Shown here: positions 39,291 to 50,928 of the stretch, one piece after another
Numbering within the stretch: position 1 is the first letter of the stretch
Layout of the letters: every line of letters begins with the position of its first letter
Source: Laetmonice hystrix
Lineage: Eukaryota
Direction: 5' to 3'
NCBI GenBank assembly: GCA_965235115.1
Contig: OZ249441.1
Location: 10,912,001 to 10,976,000, forward strand
DNA: 64,000 bases
The notes under the pieces: model-generated
Told to the model about the DNA's origin: nothing
Database searches by the model: none
The model's input: only the letters and a program-made list of their open reading frames with translations
Program-made: the position numbers and the translations under genes

Positions 39291-41180
39291 GCTCAGGAAA
39301 CGGGCCCCACACACTCAGGACTAAATTCTCCTGGCCCAGGAAACGGGCCCCACACACACCTGATAAATTCTCCTGGCCCAGGAAACGGGCCCCACACACA
39401 CCTGATAAATTCTCCTGGCCCAGGAAACGGGCCCCACACACTCCTGATAAATTCTCCTGGCCCAGGAAACGGGCTCCACACACTCCTGATAAATTCTCCT
39501 GGGCCAGGAAACGGGCCCCACACACACCTGATAAATTCTCCTGGCCTAGGAAACGGGCCCCCCACACACCTGATAAATTCTCCTGGCCCAGGAAACGGGC
39601 CCCACACACACCTGATAAATTCTCCTGGCCCAGGAAACGGGCCACACACACTCCTGATAAATTCTCCTGGCCCAGGAAACGGGCCCCACACACTCCTGAT
39701 AAATTCTCCTAGCCCAGGAAACGGGCCCCACACACACCTGATAAATTCTCCTAGCCCAGGAAACGGGCCCCACACACTCCTGATAAATTCTCCCAGCTCA
39801 GGAAACGGGCCCCACACACACCTGATAAATTCTCCTGGCCCAGGAAACGGGCCACACACACTCCTGATAAATTCTCCTGGACCAGGAAACGGGCCCCACA
39901 CACTTCTGATAAATTCTCCTGGCCCAGGAAACGGCCCCACACACACCTGATAAATTCTCCTGGCCCAGGAAACTGGCCCCACACACACCTGATAAATTCT
40001 CCTGGCCCAGGAAACGGGCCCTACACACACCTGATAAATTCTCCTGGCCCAGGAAACGGGCCACACACACTCCTGATAAATTCTCCTGGACCAGGAAACG
40101 GGCCCCACACACTCCTGATAAATTCTCCTGGACCAGGAAACGGGCCCCACACACTTCTGATAAATTCTCCTAGCCCAGGAAACGGGCCCCACACACTCCT
40201 GATAAATTCTCCCAGCTCAGGAAACGGGCCCCACACACACCTGATAAATTCTCCTGGCCCAGGAAACGGGCCACACACACTCCTGATAAATTCTCCTGGA
40301 CCAGGAAACGGGCCCCACACACTTCTGATAAATTCTCCTGGCCCAGGAAACGGCCCCACACACACCTGATAAATTCTCCTGGCCCAGGAAACTGGCCCCA
40401 CACACACCTGATAAATTCTCCTGGCCCAGGAAACGGGCCCTACACACACCTGATAAATTCTCCTGGCCCAGGAAACGGGCCACACACACTCCTGATAAAT
40501 TCTCCTGGACCAGGAAACGGGCCCCACACACTCCTGATAAATTCTCCTGGACCAGGAAACGGGCCCCACACACTTCTGATAAATTCTCCTAGCCCAGGAA
40601 ACGGGCCCCACACACACCTGATAAATTCTCCTGGCCCAGGAAACGGGCCCCACACACACCTGATAAATTCTCCTGGCCCAGGAAACGGGCCCCACACACA
40701 CCTGATAAATTCTCCTGGCCAAGGAAACGGGCCACACACACTCCTGATAAATTCTCCTGGCCCAGGAAACGGGCCCCACACACACCTGATAAATTCTCCT
40801 GGCCCAGGAAACGGGCCCCACACACACCTAATAAATTCTCCTGGCCCAGGAAACGGGCCACACACACTCCTGATAAATTCTCCTGGCCCAGGAAACGGTT
40901 CTTCCCCCATGATAACTTTCCACGAAATGTTTGGGCAGGGGTTAGGGTTAAGGTCAGGGATAGGGATAGGGATAGGATAGGGATATGTTTTTGGGAGGTG
41001 TAGGGACTGGGGTTAGGGGTTAGGGATAAGGCCAGGGCCATGGATCTTTACTTTCCACCAAATTTCGTGGGATTTAAGTTATCATGGGCGATATACCCAG
41101 GAAACGGGCCCCCCACACACCTGATAAATTCTCCTAGCCCAGGAAACGGGCCCCACACACACCTGATAAATTCTCCTGGC
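39291..41180. repeat. 42-bp satellite (about 40 units) with a 419-bp higher-order duplication
   Basis: Unit CTGATAAATTCTCCTGGCCCAGGAAACGGGCCCCACACACAC; the variant unit TCCCAGCTCA recurs at 39791 and 40210. Confidence 0.97.
40897..41097. mobile_element. 201-bp MITE inserted into the 42-bp satellite (Merlin- or hAT-like)
   Basis: Ends GGTTCTTCCCCCATGATAACT / AGTTATCATGGGCGATATACC; 8-bp TSD CAGGAAAC (40889-96, 41098-105); internal TTAGGG/ATAGGG-like repeats. Confidence 0.7.
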
Positions 41181-41607
41181 TCAAGTAGACTCTACATGTG
41201 AAATGATGTGAGGTGAGACCGCACATCATCCCCCTTACCTTACGAAAGTGAGTGAATAAGTGTGAATAAGGACACTAAATTTTCAGGAGAGAGGGTGGAA
41301 CTGGAAGTCAGCAATCAAAATTTTTTTTCCGGGGGCGGGGGGGGGGGGTATGGGGATAAGTTAATTAGCTCGTGCCGATAAGGCCTATCCTTCACCAATT
41401 AAAGGGATCAGGCAGAAACTGTAAATCTAGACTGTAACATGCTCGCCTCACGATCCCATTCCCACACGCTCGTCCAGTATACCATATACATTATATGGGC
41501 AGTTCTATTATCACATTAACAGCTTCAGTGCCATGCAGAGTGACATGTTAATGGCGATGACACGTTACCAATTCACCCAGCGTGACCCGCTCACCTTCAC
41601 CTCAGGC

Positions 41608-41647
41608 CTCCTAGGGGGCAGCACTAATTAACTGCGCCCCCTGGTGG
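41608..41647. promoter_or_regulatory. Convergent pair of CTCF-like motifs
   Basis: CTCCTAGGGGGCAGC (+) and CCACCAGGGGGCGCA (-); motif match only. Confidence 0.4.
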
Positions 41648-43692
41648 TGTATCGTATACACGGGAGTCGGTCATGCATCTCGGCTCCTTGCGACTGTCTG
41701 ACAGTGGAGAGGTTGGTCGATGATACTTGAACTATAGAAGGGTACAGAGCGTACCGTGAAAACGGGTGCGTCGTTTCATTGATGACTTCAGTGTAAATGA
41801 CAACCCCGAAAGACATTCTCTACAAATGAACTGACTCTGTGCTGACTTGCGTGGCCATATGCAACCACCCCCGGCCCCGACAGAAGAATAAGTTACACTA
41901 GCGGGCCCAGAGGAAGGGGGAGGGGTGGGGGCGGTGGACCGACCTCTATAAAATTAGAAATTTTATTGCGCAAAACGAATTACTAGGCTAATGTTACGCT
42001 GCTATAGATTGAAATTCTTTAGATCTATAATCATGACTCGTGGGGATTAGCCTCTCCCGAACGACTTCATTAAGTAGCTCAATTAATCCTATATCCTACC
42101 ATCGGCCTGCTGTGTACACATTCTATAATATAATACTTCTAGTTAGACACAGTAACATTCTATCCTCATCTACTCCATTCCCATCAGCAGTCAATCCATA
42201 ACCGGGCCACGTATTGTTGAGCTTTATACGGTGGTATATATAAGCAGTCGACGACCCCGATCCAAAGTGGGCGGTTTGCTACCAAAGGACACTATTAGTG
42301 GCCGTTCAATGGGGGGGGGGGGGGGGGGTATTCTAGCACCGTTTTGTCCAAACCTTTAATGGACTTCACCGTATTACGAATGATTCTACTGTTACATAAT
42401 CTCAGAAACCTCTAAAATGATCATTCTGATGTCACCTTCATCCCTCGCCGTACCATGACTATATGTTACCATAACATCGACATGAATCTCGGAAGATAAA
42501 GGTCCGAACTCAAATGTTAAGACTGATCAAAGTGAGTGACAGGACCGCGAAAACAGCTCTTGTCAGCTACCCTGACATTTAGAATAAGTTTAGGTAATTT
42601 TATTCTATAAGGGTTTAGGAATTAGGGGTGGGGTGAAGGCAACCCTATGGGAAATCAACCCCCTCTGGAGGTCGCGTGCACGAGTAGGACCTACACATGT
42701 GATGACCTTTCTATTGGTGTCCATGGCAGTGTCCTACCCCTCAAACAATAGATTGTCCATGCGATCGTAAGATCACGGCCCAGGTGAACGCCTAGAGACA
42801 CAATACGCAATCATGCGTGATGAGTGAACAATAACCAATTAGTGTCACGGCCCTGCGTTCTGTCACGGCTGAGTGCGCCCACCAACCTCTCACTATAGTG
42901 ACACGAGAATACAATAGGAAGACGTCACCAGATGGAGCTGGTCTGTGCAGGGTCTGTAATCACGTGACAATGACCAAACACATCACGTAATGGTATACTT
43001 AGGGGAGGAACGTCTCACCCGGGGTGCTGTCTTAGATCGGGTCCTGTCGTAATTACTGCCAACAGGTCCCAAACTAAAATCGTCCCCGGGATTGACACGT
43101 TCACGAATAATTACAGCACTTAGAAATCTACTCGTGGCGGAAATGTGTTTGGTGTGTTAAGGGAGAGACCCACGCGCCTCCAATTATACATGTCATGTAT
43201 ACTGTCAGGTATACTGTGAACAGGTAGACAATGGTGCGGGTATATACAACTGGCCGAGTTCTAATTAATGCTAACAAGGTAACTCTAAAAATTCTTCAGT
43301 AATTGGCCGGTATACCATTCCATTAGGCTAACTACATGCAGCAGATTGGATTTGTATTTATGACAGATGTATGTTTATGTTTCATCCATCTGTTACGAAC
43401 TTAACTCCTTGGCGGTCTTGAGGACATTGTCTTGTTTTGCGAGTAATTTGTTTGACGTACATGGATGCTCCGGGAAAAGAGATCTACTGAAAATCTTTGG
43501 ATGACGTTACTGGTGGAGCATTCAGACAAATATCTGACGACCTGAGGAATTAAAGCCCATCCACAGTTACACAGTAATCTGAGGGCCGTGGTTCGATTCC
43601 TTTCAGACATTCTCAAAGTGAACGGGGTTAGATGCCCGTGCACAGTGGAGATAGAGTGTTCTTCTATCTCCGCTAAAAAAAGATCCGTGATA

Positions 43693-44126
43693 CGGTGGCC
43701 CAGAAGTACAAACTGCTGTATACTCTTCACAGACAATTACGTAGATTCAGAGTCATATTCCTTGCCTTCACAGTGGAATTCCTGGCCTACACTGAAATTT
43801 CTGGCCTTCTTAGTTGATTCCTTGCCTTCTTAGTTGATTCCTTGCCTTCTCAATCAATTCATGGTCGTCTCAATCAATTCATGGCCTTCTCAATCAATTC
43901 ATGGCCTTCTCAGACAATTCTTGTGAAGCGAAGAAACTGGCTGTGGAGGAAAGGAGCTGCCTGAGAAGGCAAGGTATTGACTGTGAAGAACAGAAATTTT
44001 AATGTGAGGAACATAATTTTCAGTGTGAAATCCAGGAATTCCGCTGTGAAGTGACGGAATTGTCTGTGAAGTGAAGGAATTTCAAAATGTTTGTGAAGTA
44101 CAACATTTTGTACTTCTGGCCCACCG
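43693..44126. mobile_element. TA-flanked fold-back MITE
   Basis: TA|CGGTGGCCCAGAAGTACAAA ... TTTGTACTTCTGGCCCACCG|TG; long imperfect inverted arms (CTTCACAGTGGAATTCCTGG) and internal 20-bp tandem repeats. Confidence 0.7.
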
Positions 44127-45393
44127 TGCACTAAAGCCAAAAGTCGGGGCCCCGAACAGTGGGGTTGAGCGAATGCGATACGTTTCTCATGCACCGTACT
44201 CATTGGCTGATACCGTAAATTATAACGACATATCTGATTGTTATAATTGTTGTATTTCAAGATTTAGATTGTGTGTAGACCTGCTCACACGGTGAGACGA
44301 TGGTGACGTTAGACGAAGGCCCACGCCCCGATACTCGGTGGTCAGTCAATAAGTCTGTAGGCCTACCAAGCCGCCTATTGACTCCGGGATATAATTGACA
44401 TGTGGAGGGCGCGATCACCTGTAGATGGCGCTGACGTACACGTGTGGCGTAGGTTACATGATGATCACAGTTTGTTCATGAAGACACATGGTGGAGACTG
44501 TATGATGACATGTTCGGGACACGGTACACACGCGCTCAGATACAAACTGTGAGTGTATTAACGCTACACGTGACGCTCGTGTCAAACTGTGATTCCTACC
44601 ATATTGAAGGGGCACGAGATCGACATCACACTTCTTCGGGCGATTCAAATCCATCTCACAGTATTTTCACAAGAGGTTATTTAGACTTATCAATCCCCCA
44701 TTCACTGTGCTGAATATCTGAGCTTGACATATAGACACCGTACCCATAATCTGAAGCCTGAGATCTGCATCTGAAAATTAAATGCATTCAACTTCTCTGA
44801 CTGAATTTGGAATGAATTGCCGTACTAGAAGAAATGAGTAGGTTAGTCTATAAATGTCATTTCACCTTGACCTGAGTCGACTTGTCCTCTGAAATAATAT
44901 TTTACGTAAGGGCCCGTTGTGTTTCAGAGTGTGTGCATATCTGGTGAACTCCAGTTCAATTAACCCATAAATATGCCAGATCGAATCGTCTACGAGAGGG
45001 CATTGGAGCGGGGTGGATATCGAGAGGGGTGGGAAGGGTAGCGAAATTGACAGCTATGTGTAAGTAGATTTTTACTTACGTCAACCTCGGTAGTTCCAGG
45101 CTAACACCTAATCAAAGTGTCATGGGTCCAGCCCACTCACAAGCTGCGAACAGAATGACACAATATAAAACATCCCTAGGAAGATTCACTCACGTCTTCC
45201 ATTGTTCCTATTGTCTCCTTACGTATACTATAGACCCCCCGTTTACTTGTCTCCGCGGGGGGTCGAGGGGGCTGAGCCGAGGACCAGTGGGTGGGTGCCA
45301 CGCCCCGCGCTGTGAACATCGAGTTTTACGTTAGGTAACGTTGTCGCCTCATCACCACCACTCGTCATGTCACGTATTGTCTGCGACGGCTTG

Positions 45394-45516
45394 CCAGCAG
45401 GGGGCGCCAAACGCCGCTAGAGGGTAGCAATTGTCGCCCGCATCCGCGCGGCGCGAAAACGAAGCTGCCACACGGGGGCGCCAACCTGGGCCGCGTCCCG
45501 TGGCGCCCCCTTGCGG
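45394..45516. promoter_or_regulatory. Cluster of four CTCF-like motifs
   Basis: CCAGCAGGGGGCGCC (45394,+), CCGCTAGAGGGTAGC (45414,+), CCACACGGGGGCGCC (45468,+), CCGCAAGGGGGCGCC (45502-16,-). Confidence 0.5.
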
Positions 45517-47999
45517 TGACCATTCCGACTCAGTATGATTGACTTGCACGAAGACAGTTCGTAAACCAAGCCAGCGTCCCGTAGTGACGTTACGTGTTGA
45601 GATGTAACGTAAAGTGGAGCTGACGAGTTCAGTGGTGACACTTGAAGAAATTATTGCCCCTCACTTTAACTGCGGCCCCTCGCTGGTCGGGAGTTCTGAC
45701 ATCGTCACAATGACAACTCTCGACGGTTTCTCACCCCCGGCCCACGGCAGGGTTTAGATCTACACGTAGCGTTATTGGCGTGATTAATCGGATAAGGATC
45801 ACATTATAGCAAACACAAGGGCTCAAAGACATAACGTTTGCAAACACCGTGTCATATATAGAAGCCAGGTGACCATCTTGATTTGAGGTACTTTACTTTT
45901 ATAGTTACACGCCCAGAGGCCCGCAGGTATCCTATACCTGATGTCCGACGAACCTCAAACACCCTCATTTAATTTATGTCAGTTATTCTGCAATTTGGCA
46001 GAGAAACGTTTCTGTCGGATTGGAAATATTTGACAGGAAAATCAACATATCATTTCGTGCCACCAGATTAATATGGGACTATGCATATGGTCTACACTAA
46101 TCTGGTGGCACGGATACGCTAGTATAAGCTCTTAGTATTCATGAACATGTTTAGTTGTATATTTTCTATATTTGTTTATTGAGAAATACATCATCACATC
46201 GCCAGGTTGATGCCTTCTGATTAGGCCTAATTATCGTCATCCGGGCCATTAGACTGCCGTCAGACTAGGCTAGTGTATACCGTCATACCAAAGTCTCAAA
46301 ATGACATCAATATACATTTGTATCAATATAAGTAGAAAAATAGTATTATATAGACATGAAACGCATTCTCATAAGAAAGGTAATCATATATAGGGTAGTT
46401 ATATATGAGATGCCCCCTATAGATGATATCCTTGACTGGCACAGGTGTTGATTTTGAGGCTAACGTCTCCGCCTCCTGCGACAATGTTCATGTCGGTCAG
46501 GCCTATCACACCAAACGAGGTCTGTTTGATATATTTGGTAATAATATTCCCCCTCAGTGAAATAGATATACAGTCGGTATTAACAATGATGACATATCAT
46601 GGAAAGTTGACATGTATCTGACCAGTTATCATGTTTTAATTAGCGTTAAAATGTTCCCACAATGACCACCAACTGCCCCCGTCATGAGGGTAATAATTGA
46701 AGCCCCACTGCCGACTTCCATAAAAGGTCGTCAAACACCTATCCTTGCCCTGTAACGCCACGTGTCAAGTTCTTGCCGCGAGGAACACAATTGACACGTT
46801 GACAATCATGGTGCTGTTCTCTCCCAACAATTAGCCCCACCCCGTCAGACCTACATGGCACTCTCTCCCAAACTATCTTTATGTCAGTCCCTCCCCCTCG
46901 AGTCCACGTCCCGGTGAACCTGAACTTAACCAATATTAATCTTGGTTTCCAAGACGGAAATTGTATTGGAAACATGTCCAGGACACGGGGTGAAGTACCC
47001 AGGTCCGGTCGAGTCGGGATCAGCCGAGGCAAAGGTCACTTCAACAATTCCGCAGATTCAATTAGAAAAAACATTGCCAGAGGCGAAGTACATATTTCAT
47101 GGCTTATTGAAATTTTAAGGGCTCGCCTGTCAATTTCAGGGTTCAGTGTGTCTTTAAGGTTGACCCCCCGGGAGAGACGTTAGGGACCTCGGGGGCGGGG
47201 CTTCGGTCACTGGACCGTGTGAATCTTGACCATGAGTGAGGAACGTTTCTCTGAGTGCCAGCGAGAGGTGGTCGGATTCGGTTACTTATGTCTGTGATTA
47301 TATTGTCTGGGTAGAGTCATAGACCTGAACATTCGTTATCAAACCGTTAAATTGTCCACCCAATAACTATAACATCCGACAACAGGACCCATTACACCCG
47401 TAGACATCATGCTATTTCATGAAGATAATCATTTTATATACTGTAAACCCATCATCTTATACAGAAGGAAAACACTCAACATGCATGTAACGGACTTAAG
47501 CATATACCGTGTCACTATATATACATATAAGCGGCTATACGTTGATGTAACCCGTGAACAAGGGGGGGATATCAATATAATGTCAGGTTCCCTCCAAATC
47601 ATGAGTTCCTGACCCGATATGGACATCTCCCTATATACTACTTGCTTCCCCTCACCCATCCCTTCAACCTTTCATAGCTCCTCATACCCTGAGGACTATG
47701 CATTCAGACCCAGGCATCATTATATGATGACCATGCGCTAGTATATATTTGCGTGCCACGCCCAGGCCTTGCGACAGGTGTCCGGTGTATAGGTGTTCTG
47801 GGGCAGTGACACGTTGGGGGTCGGGGCAGTGACACGGCGGGCCTGCGGTCATCACAACACTGGCCGACCGGGGACAAGGGGATAGGACCCGGCGGCTGGT
47901 GACAGCAAGGGCACGGTCTGTGCTGGACTGGGAGGGTGGGACTTATACGATTGACCAGCAATGACCGCCGACCTCTTCAACTCTTCACCTCATGAGAAC

Positions 48000-48183
48000 N
48001 NNNNNNNNNNNNNNNNNNNNNNNNNNNNNNNNNNNNNNNNNNNNNNNNNNNNNNNNNNNNNNNNNNNNNNNNNNNNNNNNNNNNNNNNNNNNNNNNNNNN
48101 NNNNNNNNNNNNNNNNNNNNNNNNNNNNNNNNNNNNNNNNNNNNNNNNNNNNNNNNNNNNNNNNNNNNNNNNNNNNNNNNNNN
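48000..48183. other. Assembly gap (184 N)
   Basis: Run of N bases, abutting a GA microsatellite. Confidence 1.
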
Positions 48184-48280
48184 GACCGAGAGAGAGAGAA
48201 AGATAGAGACGGAGAGAGTGAGAGTGAGAGAGTGAGAGACAGAGAGAGGGATAGAGCGAGGGAGAGAGAGAGAGAGAGGA
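48184..48280. repeat. (GA)n compound microsatellite
   Basis: Direct reading. Confidence 0.9.
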
Positions 48281-48403
48281 TCTTGGCACGTGTACCAAAG
48301 AGAGAGGGTGGATTTTGGCACGTGTACCAAATCAGAGCAAGTTCTAATCTGACTTAAAGCTGTGGCAAGCGTACATGTTTAATCACACCTGTCACCAAAC
48401 TGA

Positions 48404-48563
48404 TGACGTCGACCGTCCTCAGGCAGGGTTCCCCTCCGAGATGTGACGTCGATCATCCTCAGGCAGGGTTCCCCTCAGAGATGTGACGTCGACCGTCCTC
48501 AGGCAGGGTTCCCCTCAGAGATGTGACGTCGACCGTCATCAGGCAGGGTTCCCCTCAGAGATG
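48404..48563. repeat. 40-bp tandem repeat x4
   Basis: TGACGTCGACCGTCCTCAGGCAGGGTTCCCCTCAGAGATG at 48404, 48444, 48484, 48524. Confidence 0.95.
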
Positions 48564-48739
48564 GCCAATAATAATATCGTCCTGTCTCATCCCTGAGGTC
48601 ATGACATCAGTGGTCAGTTGACCTGGCGCGCCATGTCAGCGGCTCCGTGGTCCCGTCAGGTCAGTTTCACATATCGAAAAGAGTGGGGGTTCGCCCCGGT
48701 GCGCGGGGTTCTTCCTATTCTCACAGGATTGCACAGACT

Positions 48740-48818
48740 GAGTTAGTTACCTTGTTCTCGCCCTGATATAGCTGACATATACTGCTGACTGGGCGTTAAA
48801 CTAGTCACTCGCTCACTC
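48740..48818 (+). mobile_element. SINE 3' tail remnant
   Basis: GATATAGCTGACATATACTGCTGACTGGGCGTTAAAC followed by a (CACT)n-like tail; similar in layout to the SINE tail at 35500-35558. Confidence 0.45.
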
Positions 48819-49066
48819 TTTGGCTCCGGTTAAAAATGGAAAAATACATGATGCCCTAAAATAATGTCTCTACTTGCTAATAAGTTTTGGAGAAACATCA
48901 GTGAAAACAATGAGGGACAAAAAAATTGGCCTTTTGTAAGGTATGTCGAAGGTTGTGTTTTCCTCTGATCATGTATGAGAACCGATTGGTTGACTGATAG
49001 GCCTACGTCAAGTACACCGAGACTAGACCATCCCCGCTCTGTCACCTCGCTGAGACCCGATCCCGG

Positions 49067-49080
49067 CCACCAGGTGGCAG
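49067..49080 (+). promoter_or_regulatory. CTCF-like motif
   Basis: CCACCAGGTGGCAG, matching the canonical core; motif match only. Confidence 0.4.
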
Positions 49081-49807
49081 TGTTCACGCCGTATTCTGTA
49101 GCAGACACCTGTGATGGGGCTAGCCCCGCGGCGGGTGTGGTCCGCACAGACGGTCGCCTTCTATGGACCGGCTGTCAGGTGCTGTAGCCGCCAACATGTG
49201 GTATTATGCTGGTATAAAAAGGCTACGATGTGATCGGCTAACTGAGGAAAAGGTCAGGGTCACTGTGTGTGTATGTGCCGTCGTAACCCCCTCCCCTTGC
49301 TGGGGGTGTGTGAGGGGGCGGGGTGTCGGGTAAGGCAATAGTGTTCATGCATGTAACCATGCACCATGTGTCTACCTTTGTTTTATGCAACTTTCCCCCC
49401 TCTTATTATGGCGTGATGCTTTCATATTACATGTAGTATACGAGAGGAAAATTTCACCCTGATATTTGAGATTCAAAAGAAGCACGTGTACGATGCAGTA
49501 TGTAATTTTTAAGAAAACACCCTTATGATTGGATCAGCTTATATACAATCATGTCATGGTCGAACTGTGACTCTAGCTTTGGAGTAGTAAGTAGGCATCA
49601 TTATCATCGACTGCTGTTTGTCAGGGTGCAATCCCCTCCCGGTTTTCGCATCCGAGATAATATACGACGATGTGGCCTTGAACTTTTTACCCTGTGGTCT
49701 CTGACTGTGTCAAAGAAAACTACGGCTGAGGCTGCTCTATCGTGTCCGAACAATGTTAGAGATGTTATGGCAACCCGCCGCAAGGGTCCGGCCCTTCAAT
49801 ACCTCTT

Positions 49808-49809
<2 letters not shown>

Positions 49810-49846
<37 letters not shown>

Positions 49847-49892
49847 GGGGGGAGGGAGAGACAGAGAGACAGAGAGAGCGAGAGCGAGAGAG
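49810..49892. repeat. (GA)n microsatellite
   Basis: Direct reading. Confidence 0.9.
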
Positions 49893-50908
49893 AGGCGTTT
49901 TCCGGGTGTCAAATAGTCTTCAAGGTCACGCCCTCATCATAAATTAAGACGGGCGCGATCTAAGCCGGTATTCAAAGCTCTTCACTTTTCACTGAAGGAC
50001 CCGTTTCTTTTATAGTTATACACGGGTAGCTACCATATGCATATTATAATATTGTCATCATTCTATGCACTGCCTCGCCGCAGTTATCAATATAAGCACC
50101 AAAGAACCAGAACACCCATCTGGATGTGCTCTTGTAGCTATAGGCAGACGAATAAAGGACCAGCTCTCTTGTTAAGACGGCTGTATTAAGTCAGATATCC
50201 GGGAGGGGTCCGTACCGTGGTAGGGTGTCTGAGAGAGGGAGCTGGTTGAAAAGTTCATGCTACCTCCGACACGCCCTCCTCATTGCCATCAGATAAAAGG
50301 GCTGAGCCACCCACCATGTAGAGCCACTCTACATCATATTCGACAGCATCATGTCGCCTGTGTGATGACGTGGGTGTCGGGTTGGACAGTGCCGGAGCGG
50401 GATGCGTATTCACAAAGACATTTGTGGCACACAAAGCCACATGTAATGGATAGGCCTAATGAGTCGACCTCACCATGGTGGGGTCGAACCGACCGGCGAA
50501 CGAGGAATTCGATGGGCGTGGAAAGCGGCGCCATCTCAAGTCTTCAGATGAAGTAGGCTAGGACTTTAGACTCAGGCTAACAGACAATAGGGGCCAGAGG
50601 AGATATCTGGGTAAAGATGTCGGAGGTAGGGAACGGTAGATGTCAATTAAAGAGCGATGGCAGAAATACATGCATAATGTCTGCAGTATAGGTCTATACT
50701 GCAAAATGCAACAAGGATGAATTTCAGACAATGACAGAAATCGCATTTTTCCATGTTCACTAAAGATCAAGTCAGCCATATAATAAATCAAAAATGTTTG
50801 TTGTTGTTGTACTGTAATTACGATGTACAGAATAATTTAAAAAAAAAAGAATTGACCATGAACACAAACCATGTTTTATTTGAGAACGACACACGTCACA
50901 TTTCGAGG

Positions 50909-50928
50909 CAGCATGTTCTGACTTGTCC
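50909..50928. promoter_or_regulatory. p53-family response element-like site
   Basis: CAGCATGTTC TGACTTGTCC: 18/20 match to RRRCWWGYYY x2, zero spacer. Confidence 0.3.

Noticed and set aside
40925-41035. Interstitial telomere (TTAGGG)
   Set aside because: Few degenerate units, enclosed by MITE inverted repeats and a TSD.
39198-41041. Long ORFs (250-299 aa) on both strands
   Set aside because: By-products of a 42-bp (multiple of 3) satellite; no splice or promoter context.
43585-43602. tRNA gene (GGTTCGATTCC B-box)
   Set aside because: No A-box or cloverleaf; at most a SINE-head remnant.
47961-48357. ORFs spanning the N run and GA repeat
   Set aside because: Artefacts of the assembly gap and microsatellite.
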